From IMG/VR virus record IMGVR_UViG_2061766007_000872: a stretch of DNA of 64,000 nt. One strand, written 5' to 3'. This document shows, in pieces, positions 52,473 through 63,000 of this stretch; position 1 is the stretch's first letter, and every line of letters begins with the position of its first letter. The notes beneath the pieces were generated by a model. That model was not told where the DNA came from and did no database searches. It saw only the letters and a list, made by a program, of their open reading frames with translations. The position numbers were made by a program, and so were the translations under genes. This stretch comes from an uncultured virus (IMG/VR IMGVR_UViG_2061766007_000872). Taxonomy: Duplodnaviria; Heunggongvirae; Uroviricota; Caudoviricetes.

Positions 52473-53216
52473 ATGGCAAAGAGTAAAATAATTCCTAGCA
52501 GAGCGGTTTCAAATAGAAATATAGGTGGTTCATCTATTAGCCCAGGTGAAACTATTTCTGGTAAAACAAATGACCAGAAAGTTATCGTTGAGGGCTCTAT
52601 TTATGATGGAGGCGAAACCTCTACAGCAATTGTTACAGTAGATAATGTTGAACATAAAATCTATGCTCAAGTAAAGAAGTTTCCTGCTCATTTAAGAATT
52701 AGACAAAGTGATGGAACATATATACTTTTTGATGGTAGTAAGATTGAAACAATTAGCATCAATGACTACACTATCAAAGAAGTTAATCATCAATCAAATG
52801 AAGTTAAGAGATATCAACTCTTACAAAATGGAAATACACCAGTAGGTGATGATATAATTATTCCTAAAGAAGAAGTATCTTATGAGGTTAGAGAAGATAA
52901 ATTTACTTCATTTATTTTTGAAGATAATACAGAAGTTTCTTATAAGTGTACAATTGATACTGATATAGAATTAGATGTTCCTAAAGATATTGCACAAGGA
53001 TTTATTTCTTTATTAACAATTGACAATATGGAAGATGATAAAGTAATTACAGTGAATAACTACTCATCTCTTCCTTTAAGAATAGTGAAGAATAATATTT
53101 ACTATTCAGGGAACACATTTACAACAAGAGTTTCAGGAAAGAAGATAATCTTTGCCAGATGTGATGGCATAAATGTAGAAATACTAATTATAGAAGAACA
53201 AGCAGATGATAGATAA
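52473..53216 (+). CDS. putative structural protein
   Basis: Beta-rich composition, late operon context. Confidence 0.5.
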   Translation: MAKSKIIPSRAVSNRNIGGSSISPGETISGKTNDQKVIVEGSIYDGGETSTAIVTVDNVEHKIYAQVKKFPAHLRIRQSDGTYILFDGSKIETISINDYTIKEVNHQSNEVKRYQLLQNGNTPVGDDIIIPKEEVSYEVREDKFTSFIFEDNTEVSYKCTIDTDIELDVPKDIAQGFISLLTIDNMEDDKVITVNNYSSLPLRIVKNNIYYSGNTFTTRVSGKKIIFARCDGINVEILIIEEQADDR

Positions 53217-53230
53217 GGTAGGTGTTATAT

Positions 53231-56170
53231 ATGAATAGACTATATAAGACTTACATAATGTTGAGAAGAATCTTTGAAGAAGCCGATGTCGGTGATTTTG
53301 GAGCACGCATTGGTATTGACCTTGAAGATTATTTTAACTCTACATTTAATTCTTATGAGTCTGAACATATAGCATTTACTGATAATGTTGGTCCAATTCT
53401 CAAAGAGATGTATTCTAGTTTGATTGTTGGAAGTCCTCTTGATTTAAAACATACTAGAATAATACTAGATAATGATACAAAAATCAACTATGAAATTACT
53501 AGCAATGAAGGTCTAATGATTGATAGTGAGATTGCTTTTGGAGAGATTGATAAGTTTACTTCAGGACTTATTCCAGGAGTGATTCTAGATACAAGTTATA
53601 AGATTACATTTGATGAAGAAGTACTTAAAATGACTGCTGGCTTAACATTAACATCTAGTGCAGATGTATTTAGTGCTTATGCTAACATTGATTTTAACTT
53701 AGAAACACCAACAGAAATAGATTTAAAAGATGCAGACTTATATGCATTTAATCTTGATGCTAACTTTGAACTTGATTCTAAAGTGCAGTTCTTAAGTGCA
53801 AGTGAGTTGAATCTTGTTCCTCACATCAATGCAGAGTGTGATTTAGATTACACTTCTTGTACAATTTCTTATGATGCAGACTTTATAAAAGCAGATGCAC
53901 AGATTGATGTAGAGATTACTCCTACAACTTCTATCATTATTAGTGAGTTAAACAATTTCAAGTTCTTAGCAATCTTTAGTGATGATATAGAAGTTAACAC
54001 AAAGATTAGAAGATATGTTGCTAATGTATTTACATCAGTAACACAAGTAGACGGTGGAATAACTCCAAATACTTTAGTTGATAATTATGAGCCAGATATA
54101 GTTGTCTCTAATGTTGCTTTAGATTTAGATATTACTTCTTATGCAACAATGGGCTTCATTATTGGTACAGTAATTAATTTCCATTTAGTGTTTACTGATG
54201 AATTAGACCAAGAAGCAGAAGTCTTAACATATACTGCTAATGAATTTGCTTATGATGTTGTTAATACAATTGATACAAATGATTCTTATGCTCTTAAGAC
54301 TTATGGTGTTCTTATTACAGACTTTGAAGTTCCAGTAGAGATTGACTTAGGTGCAAATACTAAAGTAACAAATTATGTTGCTACTATTTTTAAGTATAGA
54401 ATAGCACAAGGTTTAAATGCTAAAGCAACTGCATCTATTACATTCATGGATACAGATACATTTAACTTCCTTGCCCTATTTACTGATGAGTTAGATGCTA
54501 ATGCATCTCTTGATAGTCTTGATGCAGATATGCTTATCTATACTTTTGCTTTCAATGATGAATTAGTTGTAGGTGCAGAAACAACTTCAAGCGAAGCAGA
54601 AGAAGTTGATGTTGATATTCTTGTCAATGGAGAAATTATTGAGTCAGAGATAAGCATTGACGAGTGGCCAATGAGTGAATTTACTTATGAAGTAGAGGTT
54701 GATGGAGATATTATACCAACTACAAGTATGATGTTCCGTAATCCTACTATGTTTGAGACTGAATTTGATATCAGTGACTTCAAGATTGATGTTCATACAC
54801 CAATGACCATTGTTACTGCACCAATGACATACTTTGCATATCACGCCATATTTGATGATGAATTATATCTACAATCTAAATATGATTTATACACTGCAAG
54901 TATGATGCTTGTTGATGATGATGCATATGTCAATGTAGATTCTTATATGAATGTAGAAAGAGCAACTGGTGAACTTGCTAGAGTTGATACTGATGCTCAT
55001 GTTGAAGCAAGTCTTGATTCTTATGTAGATGCTCATAGTTCAGATAAGTTTAACTTTGACTTAGTACATGTTGGCTTAAGTGATATGTTTGCTAATATGT
55101 TCGTACAAAATCAATCAGTACTTCTTCCATTCTATATTAACAATGATGGTACAAGTGAATTAACTGCTCAAACAACTTTAAGCATAGCAGATGATATTTC
55201 ATTTAGTGATGCTTATCATACAGAGTTTGATTCTACTTTACTTTTAGGCAGTTATAATGACTTTAGATTTAATCTACAAGAAATAGAAAAGTTTGATAGT
55301 ACTCTAACTTCTTATGATTGTGATACATTTAAACCTAATTTGTTACACACTCTTATTGAAGATACACACTCAGAACTTAGTAGTAATACTTCTTTAGGAT
55401 ATAAAGCACAGATTATAAATAGAATCGTAAAAGATATCTTTACTGCAGGTGTTTATACAACTGACCCAGCAGTTACATTCAATGTTCTAATTAATAACAC
55501 AATTGTAAAAGATACATTTGATTCAGTGTTTAATGTTGGTACCTCTTCTCTTGTTGATTTAGATACTGATGCAAATCTAGATACTGAATATACATCTAAA
55601 GTTAATGCAAATACTGCTGACTTTGCTAAGTATCATTTAAGTATTGGAGACATCTTAGATAAATTTACAACAAAGAACATTAATACTTACACATCAGTTA
55701 ATCTCAGTAAATCTAATTTAGATGTAGACTTTGATTTAGATATGTCTTCTGAATTAAGTATTGTCGCTACAGATTATCTAGACTTACAACATCCAAGAAT
55801 TGTTCTTGATATGCCATTTGGAACTACAGCAAAAGCAGTTTCATCTACAAGTAATGCTATTATTACAAACATGTTACTTGATTATCCAATTACACCAACA
55901 TTAAGACCTTTGAATTGGAATGCAGATTTATTAGATGCTTACATTAACATTGATTGTCCAATATTAGGTCCAAATTCAACCGTCAGTCTTGAAAATTATG
56001 CAGAAATTAATACTAGTATTACAATTGTCGGTAATGCACCAGTAGAATCTTATTTTGTTTATTCTACATATGCTAAATTAAATGAGTATGATGGTAGTGC
56101 GAATACATTAAACTCTATGGGAAGTTCTACTTTGACAGAGTTATCTTACCATAAACATAGTTATAATTAA
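53231..56170 (+). CDS. large acidic beta-repeat structural protein
   Basis: Very low K/R content; recurring F.F…F.DEL-like units. Confidence 0.5.
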   Translation: MNRLYKTYIMLRRIFEEADVGDFGARIGIDLEDYFNSTFNSYESEHIAFTDNVGPILKEMYSSLIVGSPLDLKHTRIILDNDTKINYEITSNEGLMIDSEIAFGEIDKFTSGLIPGVILDTSYKITFDEEVLKMTAGLTLTSSADVFSAYANIDFNLETPTEIDLKDADLYAFNLDANFELDSKVQFLSASELNLVPHINAECDLDYTSCTISYDADFIKADAQIDVEITPTTSIIISELNNFKFLAIFSDDIEVNTKIRRYVANVFTSVTQVDGGITPNTLVDNYEPDIVVSNVALDLDITSYATMGFIIGTVINFHLVFTDELDQEAEVLTYTANEFAYDVVNTIDTNDSYALKTYGVLITDFEVPVEIDLGANTKVTNYVATIFKYRIAQGLNAKATASITFMDTDTFNFLALFTDELDANASLDSLDADMLIYTFAFNDELVVGAETTSSEAEEVDVDILVNGEIIESEISIDEWPMSEFTYEVEVDGDIIPTTSMMFRNPTMFETEFDISDFKIDVHTPMTIVTAPMTYFAYHAIFDDELYLQSKYDLYTASMMLVDDDAYVNVDSYMNVERATGELARVDTDAHVEASLDSYVDAHSSDKFNFDLVHVGLSDMFANMFVQNQSVLLPFYINNDGTSELTAQTTLSIADDISFSDAYHTEFDSTLLLGSYNDFRFNLQEIEKFDSTLTSYDCDTFKPNLLHTLIEDTHSELSSNTSLGYKAQIINRIVKDIFTAGVYTTDPAVTFNVLINNTIVKDTFDSVFNVGTSSLVDLDTDANLDTEYTSKVNANTADFAKYHLSIGDILDKFTTKNINTYTSVNLSKSNLDVDFDLDMSSELSIVATDYLDLQHPRIVLDMPFGTTAKAVSSTSNAIITNMLLDYPITPTLRPLNWNADLLDAYINIDCPILGPNSTVSLENYAEINTSITIVGNAPVESYFVYSTYAKLNEYDGSANTLNSMGSSTLTELSYHKHSYN

Positions 56171-56182
56171 AGGAGATTATAT

Positions 56183-56650
56183 ATGTTAACAACACCTGTT
56201 AAAAAATATGTCTTAGCAACTTTGGCTGGTTTATCCTCTCAAGGTTACATGGGTACTGGCTTAACTTTAGGTTTATCCTCAACACAACCAACTGTTGAAG
56301 GTGGTACAGCATCTCAATGTAACTTTACAGAACCTGCTGCAGCGGCTGGTTATGCCAGAATCGCTATCTCTGGTAGTGGTAGTGTTGTCTATCCATTTGA
56401 ATGGACATCTACAACTGGTCCAGATGCTTACACACAAGTTCAAAATAAGTACGAGATTCACTTCAATGTTGCTACTGCTAACTGGGGTGACCCTGTTGCT
56501 TATGTTGGTATCTTTGATTCTAATAGTAGACTTTTGGCCTTTGGTCCAATTGTTGACAATCAAGGTGACCCAACCACAATCACAGTTAATCAAGGCCACA
56601 TTCCAACAATTGCAGTTGGTCAAGCAAAGATTAGTTTAGACGTTCAATAA
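56183..56650 (+). CDS. phage tail-associated protein
   Basis: LGLSSTQPT…EPAAAAGYARIA…FNVATANWG…YVGIFDS…LLAFG pattern. Confidence 0.6.
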   Translation: MLTTPVKKYVLATLAGLSSQGYMGTGLTLGLSSTQPTVEGGTASQCNFTEPAAAAGYARIAISGSGSVVYPFEWTSTTGPDAYTQVQNKYEIHFNVATANWGDPVAYVGIFDSNSRLLAFGPIVDNQGDPTTITVNQGHIPTIAVGQAKISLDVQ

Positions 56651-56669
56651 TCAATAGGAGGTGTTTGTT

Positions 56670-56912
56670 ATGCCTTCTAACAATCCAAAAACAACTTATT
56701 TAAACTTACCTTTATATAGTCTTTTAGATGCAGACACAACAGCATTTGCAGACTATTGGAAGTCAATAAACCTTGAAGCAGATGGTAGCCAAGTTGACTA
56801 CTCTGCTTTTCAAATACTTGATAGTGCCTACCATGATTTAGATACAAGAATCAATAATCTACCAGGTCAAATAGCAGACTTATTTGACGCAGCAATGGAG
56901 CATGAATATTAA
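56670..56912 (+). CDS. small tail-associated protein
   Basis: TTYLNLPLY…FQILD pattern typical of fibre N-termini. Confidence 0.45.
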   Translation: MPSNNPKTTYLNLPLYSLLDADTTAFADYWKSINLEADGSQVDYSAFQILDSAYHDLDTRINNLPGQIADLFDAAMEHEY

Positions 56913-59494
56913 TGGGCAATATTTCTAGTACAATACAAAATCTAGTGAATATTTTTAGAGACACTGCTAGTGCTATTAGAGTAAAAGATGGCACAGGTGC
57001 CTCTATTTCGCCATTTGATTTTGCTTCTAGAATATTAGCCATTCCTTCTGGTTCTGGTAGTGGTGATGAGTATGCAAAAGCAATTATAGAAAGAAGTGTT
57101 TCTACTATAGAAATGCAAGATGTTGCTAGTATAGGCCCCTATGCTTTTTGTAATTGTGTTGATTTAACTTCAGCAAGTTTTCCTGGAGTTAGTTTAATTT
57201 CATCTTTTGCATTTTCAAATTGTTCAAATCTTACATCAGTATATGCACCAAATTGTAAGTTGATTGGTCAGGGTGCTTTTGCACATTGTAGCAATATTAC
57301 AAATGTTGAATTTCAAAATTGTGAAGTTGTTGGAACGTCAGCATACTTTCATTGCTATTCAGTATCAACTATTAGTTTGCCAAACTGTAGAATTTTGAGC
57401 AATGATGCATTTAATAACTGTAGGGGAATTTCAGAAATATATTTACCTAACTGCTTATCAATAGGAAATACAGCGTTCAATTATTGTAGTGATTTAACAT
57501 CAGTAAATCTTCCTAAATGCGAATATATATCAGCGTATGCTTTCGCTTATTGTTCAAGTTTAGTTTCAGTGAATATTCCCAACTGTTCAACATTATCTAC
57601 TGGAGCATTTGAATATTGCCCATCGCTAACAAACATAGATTTACCAAATGTTAGGGGTTCTATTTCATATACATTTTTTGCATGTACTTCATTACAAAGT
57701 ATTACTATTCCAAATGTATTATATCTACAATCAGCATTTTATAGTTGTATTAAACTTCCATCAATTAGTTTACCGAATGCTACAACTATAGGAGCAAGTA
57801 CTTTTTACAGTTGTTATTCTTTAAGTACAGTAGATATTCCAAATTGTAAGTTAATTAGTGATAATGCTTTTAGATATTGTTCAAGTTTAGAGCAGGTTAG
57901 TTTTCCTATACTCATGAGTATTTCAACTAATGCATTTGCAAATTGTTCCGTATTGTCAAAAGTTTTTTGTACATGTGGAGGCTATATTGGACAATATGCA
58001 TTCAATAGTTGTTCAAATTTAACAGAGTTTTATTTGCTTAATTGCAGTACTACACTAGCAAATTTACAAAATGCGAATGCATTTTATAGCACTCCAATCT
58101 CAACTTCAACACAACTAGGATATTTTGGCTCAATTTTTGTAATACCAAGTTTAGTTAATACATATAAAACAGCAAATAACTGGTCATTATATAGTGATAG
58201 AATCACTTCAGCACCACAAAGTATTATTAATGAAGGTATTTGGCCATATGAGTTCTTATCAGATGCAACTATTACTGCTACTCCACAAGGAAAAGAAGAT
58301 GCACAAGTTGTTGGTAGGAATGCATTCAATAATTGTGTTGCTTTATCAACAATTTCATTAAGTAGATGTGTAACCATTGATGACTATGCCTTTTATAGAT
58401 GTTCAGCACTTGAAACAATAAATATTCCTAATTGTACATACATAGGAAGTTGTGCATTTAGTGGATGTTCAAATTTAACAAGCATTGATTTTCCTAATTG
58501 CAAACATCTTTGTAGTAATGCATTTTATGATTGCAAAAATTTAATCTCAGTTAATCTACCAAATGTTATATCAGCAGATATGAGTGTGTTTTGCAATGCA
58601 TCAAAATTAAAATCAGTAGATTTACCTAGTTGTGTCACATTGGGCAATTATGCTTTCTACAACTGTTATACATTAAGCACTGCATCACTTCCTAATTGTG
58701 AAGAAGTTGGACAACTTGCTTTTAGATTTTGTTCAAATTTGAGTGAAATTCAACTCCCAAAGTGTAATTTATTAAGTGGAAGTTCATTTGAATATTGTTC
58801 AAATTTAACATATGTGAGTATTCCTAATGTTTTATCTATCTACAATAATGCATTTGCATATTGCAATAAATTAGAATCTGTTTATGCTCCAAATGTTGTA
58901 ATGATACAAGTAAATGCATTTAGAGGTTGTTATTCACTTACAACTGCTAATTTTCCTTTATGCACAAGTGTGGGTGCATATGCTCTGTATCAGTGCGTAA
59001 ATTTATCTTCAGTAAATTTACCAAAATGCTTATCTGTAGGAAGTAATGCATTCTGTGGATGTTCAAATTTGCAATCAGTTAATCTACAAAATACACGTAC
59101 AATAGGAAGTTCAGCATTTACATTTTGTTCAAATCTTACAACTATTGATATTAGCAATTGTGAGAGTATTGAACGCTCTGCATTTTATGGATGTTCTTCT
59201 CTATCAACAATATTACTGATGAAGTGTAGAGAAATTAATGTAGAAGCATTTAATGAATGTCATAATCTTGTAAGTGTATACAATTTAAATCCTAGTGTCA
59301 CGTCACTATATGAAAATGTATTTAGTAGAAATGCTTTCTATAACACTCCTATTGCAAATATGTCATATCTTGGATATTATGGAAGTATATATGTTCCTAT
59401 GTCATTAGTAAATACATATAAATCAGCATCATCGTGGTCAACTTATTCAGATAGATTTGTAGGCTTAACAGATGAGGAAATAGCAAATCTCTAA
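56912..59494 (+). CDS. BspA/TpLRR-type leucine-rich repeat protein, two LRR blocks
   Basis: Many ~22-aa repeats of type IGxxAFxxCxxLxxVxLPNC; two C-caps (SIxVxxSLVNTYKxAxxWSxYSDR). Confidence 0.9.
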   Translation: MGNISSTIQNLVNIFRDTASAIRVKDGTGASISPFDFASRILAIPSGSGSGDEYAKAIIERSVSTIEMQDVASIGPYAFCNCVDLTSASFPGVSLISSFAFSNCSNLTSVYAPNCKLIGQGAFAHCSNITNVEFQNCEVVGTSAYFHCYSVSTISLPNCRILSNDAFNNCRGISEIYLPNCLSIGNTAFNYCSDLTSVNLPKCEYISAYAFAYCSSLVSVNIPNCSTLSTGAFEYCPSLTNIDLPNVRGSISYTFFACTSLQSITIPNVLYLQSAFYSCIKLPSISLPNATTIGASTFYSCYSLSTVDIPNCKLISDNAFRYCSSLEQVSFPILMSISTNAFANCSVLSKVFCTCGGYIGQYAFNSCSNLTEFYLLNCSTTLANLQNANAFYSTPISTSTQLGYFGSIFVIPSLVNTYKTANNWSLYSDRITSAPQSIINEGIWPYEFLSDATITATPQGKEDAQVVGRNAFNNCVALSTISLSRCVTIDDYAFYRCSALETINIPNCTYIGSCAFSGCSNLTSIDFPNCKHLCSNAFYDCKNLISVNLPNVISADMSVFCNASKLKSVDLPSCVTLGNYAFYNCYTLSTASLPNCEEVGQLAFRFCSNLSEIQLPKCNLLSGSSFEYCSNLTYVSIPNVLSIYNNAFAYCNKLESVYAPNVVMIQVNAFRGCYSLTTANFPLCTSVGAYALYQCVNLSSVNLPKCLSVGSNAFCGCSNLQSVNLQNTRTIGSSAFTFCSNLTTIDISNCESIERSAFYGCSSLSTILLMKCREINVEAFNECHNLVSVYNLNPSVTSLYENVFSRNAFYNTPIANMSYLGYYGSIYVPMSLVNTYKSASSWSTYSDRFVGLTDEEIANL

Positions 59495-59502
59495 AATATA
59501 GA

Positions 59503-59589
59503 TGCTAAATTTAATGTCTAGAAAAGCAAAAGTCTATCTTATCTAAGGTAGATAGCAATTAAAATCACTTTTTATAAGTGATTTTTTTT
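59503..59589 (+). ncRNA. candidate late small RNA
   Basis: TGCTAAATTTAA, then a hairpin at 59532-59553, then a terminator; no ORF. Confidence 0.4.
59561..59589 (+). terminator. Rho-independent terminator
   Basis: AAAATCACTT-tttat-AAGTGATTTT followed by further Ts. Confidence 0.8.
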
Positions 59590-59609
59590 GTACTTTCATT
59601 GCTATTCAT

Positions 59610-59620
59610 TGCTAAATTTA
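59610..59620 (+). promoter_or_regulatory. putative late promoter
   Basis: TGCTAAATTTA upstream of AAGGAG SD and ATG 59654. Confidence 0.65.
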
Positions 59621-59653
59621 TTGATATTGATAAGTATTAAGGAGTTTATATAG

Positions 59654-60079
59654 ATGGCTGATATAGATATGTTTAAATTATATGATGATACAACAGGTTA
59701 CACTCCATGTAATAGACCAAGATTCTATAAAAAAGAAATGCTTACAATAATGACAGGAGAAACAACTGTTCATTCTTTTGATGTTCCTTTTAATGTTAAT
59801 GATGCAGAAGAGGGTTGCATTACTTTTAGAGCAATATATAAACTTGGCATTGAAGTTGTGTTAGTTAAAGATAAAGAAGATTGTGACATTCTTTATGATG
59901 AAGAGCATGATATATCTACTTTAACTTGGACATTATCTCCAGCAGAAACCTTACTCTTTAAAGATTCTTATTTAAATACACAAGTACAAATAGAGTTTGT
60001 AATGATTGACCACTCTATTGCTTATACTGATAAGTTAAAAGTTAAAGTTACTGATTCATTAAATAAAGGAGAGGTGTAA
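59654..60079 (+). CDS. BppU-like tail/baseplate protein
   Basis: IMTGETTVHSFDVPF…TLSPAETLLF…QVQIEF…KVTDSL. Confidence 0.55.
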   Translation: MADIDMFKLYDDTTGYTPCNRPRFYKKEMLTIMTGETTVHSFDVPFNVNDAEEGCITFRAIYKLGIEVVLVKDKEDCDILYDEEHDISTLTWTLSPAETLLFKDSYLNTQVQIEFVMIDHSIAYTDKLKVKVTDSLNKGEV

Positions 60080-60081
60080 TT

Positions 60082-63000
60082 ATGCCAATAAAAGTTGATT
60101 TACATGATAGTACATCTCAAGTTAAAGTTGGTGTCAAGAGTACATCAGAAGTTCCTGCAATGCCAGGTGGTGAATCAATTTCAGATAAAAGATTAGAAGC
60201 ACTCCTTAAGAAAGAAATTAAAGATAGAATAGCAGGTGATGAACATCTACAAGAAGAAATAGATGAACTAGTCAGTAAAGGTGCTAGATATATCTTAATT
60301 GAAGAAAAAGAAGATGGCTCAATTGATGTTTCACTTTTAAATGAAAAAGAAGAAGTACTAAGTACTCAAACAATTCATCTTACTGAGAAGATTATTAAAG
60401 AAAGTGTCTTAGATTATGAACATTCTAAGATTATTTATACATGCAATGATAATTCTACTATAGAATTAGATATTAGTGATATAGTAAGTGCTATTAACAC
60501 TGTTGCTAACGATTTAAACAGCGAGATAGAGAGAGCAACTACTGCAGAAGAAGCAATCAGTCAAGACTTAGCAGATGAAGTCTCTAGAGCAACAAATGAA
60601 GAAGCAAGAATTGATGGTAAAGTTGATGCAGAAACTTCTAGAGCAGAACATGCTGAACAAGAATTAACTAGTGCCTTAGAAGCAGAAACAGATGCAAGAA
60701 TGTCTGGTGATTCTACTCTTCAAGATAACATAGATGCTGAAGCAACTGCTAGAGGAGATGCAGATACTCTTCTTCAAAGAAATATTGATGCAGAAGCCAC
60801 AACAAGGTCACAAGAAATCACAAGAGTTGAAGGTCTTGTTTCCTTAGAAGAAGGTAGAGCAAAGGGTGCAGAGAGAACTCTACAAACAAATATTGAATCA
60901 GAAGCAACTGCAAGAGCGGCAGGTGATGCAGACCTTGCTGCCAGACTTTCTGAAGAAACAAATAGAGCATTTGCTGCAGAGAATGCAATACAAATTGAGT
61001 TAGATGGTGAAGAAGAAGCAAGAGCACATGCTGATGATGTTCTTCAAGGCAATATAGATGCAGAAGAAACAAGAGCAAAAGGTGTTGAATCTTCTCTTAA
61101 TACTGCTATTGGTAATGAAACAACAAGAGCCACTGGTGCAGAACAAGCACTTGGTACTAGAATTGATAACTTAGATTTAAGTGCAGTTGGTAGTGATGGT
61201 GGCTATATTAAGACTGTTTCTCAAACTGATGGCCAAGTAGGTGCTACAAGACAAGCATTTGATACAACCATTGATTCTAATAGTGATAATAAGAATGCTC
61301 CTACAAGTAAAGCAGTTAAAGATTATGTTGACACTTATGGTGGTAAGATTGATTCTATTTCTATTGACGGTGTTGAACAACAAATTGTCAATAAGAATGT
61401 TGACTTACCTGCATATCCAACAAGAGAAAGTTTAAGTATTGACAATGTAGACAATACAAGTGACTTAAATAAACCTATATCTACTGCCACTCAAAATGCT
61501 TTAAATTTAAAACAAGATGAAATTACATCTTCAAATAAATTAAGCAGTGATTTAGTGGATGATACAAATGATACAAACAAGTTTGCTACACAGTCTCAAT
61601 TAGACCAAATTGCTACAAACCAAAGTGATATTGGTGATTTGAATACTGCTTTAACAAATCATAAAAATGATACAACAAATCCTCATAGTGTTACTGCTTC
61701 TCAAGTTGGTTTAGGTAGTGTTGTCAATACTGGTGATAGTGCAACACCAACTCAAGATGGTACAACAAAGTTCACTACTGGTGGTGCTTATACATTAAAG
61801 ACAGACTTAGAAACTGCTATCGGCAATGTTGATAATAAGTTAAATCAAAATGTTCACACAGAAGGTAGTAGTGATGAAATTACATATAGTGGAGATACAG
61901 TTACTAAAACTTCTCCTTACATCAATTTAAAGACTGGTACAACCGGTAGTAGAAGTGAAGTTATTCACTTAGCAAATAGCACTACTGCTGGTTTAATGTC
62001 ATATACAGATTATAATCAAATTAGAGATAATACAGATAGAATTGCTGCCCTTGAAGGTACTCCAGTTAGATTAATCTACACTGCAAGTCAAAATCCAACT
62101 GCAAGTGATATTAAAACATTTGTTGATAATTATCTTGCTGGTAAAGGCATTACAAATCCTACAGATAGTGATTACAATAGTGTCTCAGTTAAAATTAATG
62201 GAACAAATCATATCTGGAACTACTACGCTAATGATGGTGCTTATAAAGATGATGGTCTTGATACAGTCACAGCATTTACAAACAGTATTGCAGGTATTAT
62301 TTTAGGTAGTTCTAATGATGGTCAAGTCTATGCAGAAAATGATGGCACTGGTAGTGTCTATGGTTGGAGTGCATTAAAGACAAGAGTCGGTAATAATGAA
62401 ACAAACATTACTTCTTTACAAAATAGTAAAGTAGATAAAGTTAATGGAAAAGGTCTTTCCACTAATGACTTTACTGATGCTTTAAAGACTAAGTTAGATG
62501 GTATCGCAACTGGTGCAGAAGTCAATACAATTGTTGGTATTCAAAAGAATGGAACAGACTTAACTCCAGATTCAAATAGAAAAGTCAACATTAGTGTTCC
62601 TACAAAGACAAGTGACATTAATAATGATAGTGACTTTACTACTAATACTTATGTTAATACAGAATTAGCGAAGAAACAAAATACTTTAGATACACAAACA
62701 GCATATACAAGTAAAGGTAGTGCAACAAAAGTTCCTCAAATCACTACTAATACTCTTGGTCAAGTTACAAGTATTACTGAAGTAACAATTACTGATAACA
62801 ACGATAATCAAAAAGTCAAAGCAGGTAATGTTACTTTTGGTGATAATGATGTAATTAATTTTGTTGGTAGTGGAAATACTACAGTTACTGGAGATGCATC
62901 TGGTAAAACAATTACTATTTCTTCTAGCGATTCTCATGTTGGTGATGTTGTTAGTGTTGGCGCTACAAGTGGCTCTAACATTGCTATTGGTGGAACAAGT

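Noticed and set aside
59520..59560. c-di-GMP-I riboswitch (GCAAA…CTAAGG resemblance)
   Set aside because: Lacks the P2 GNRA stem and the overall architecture
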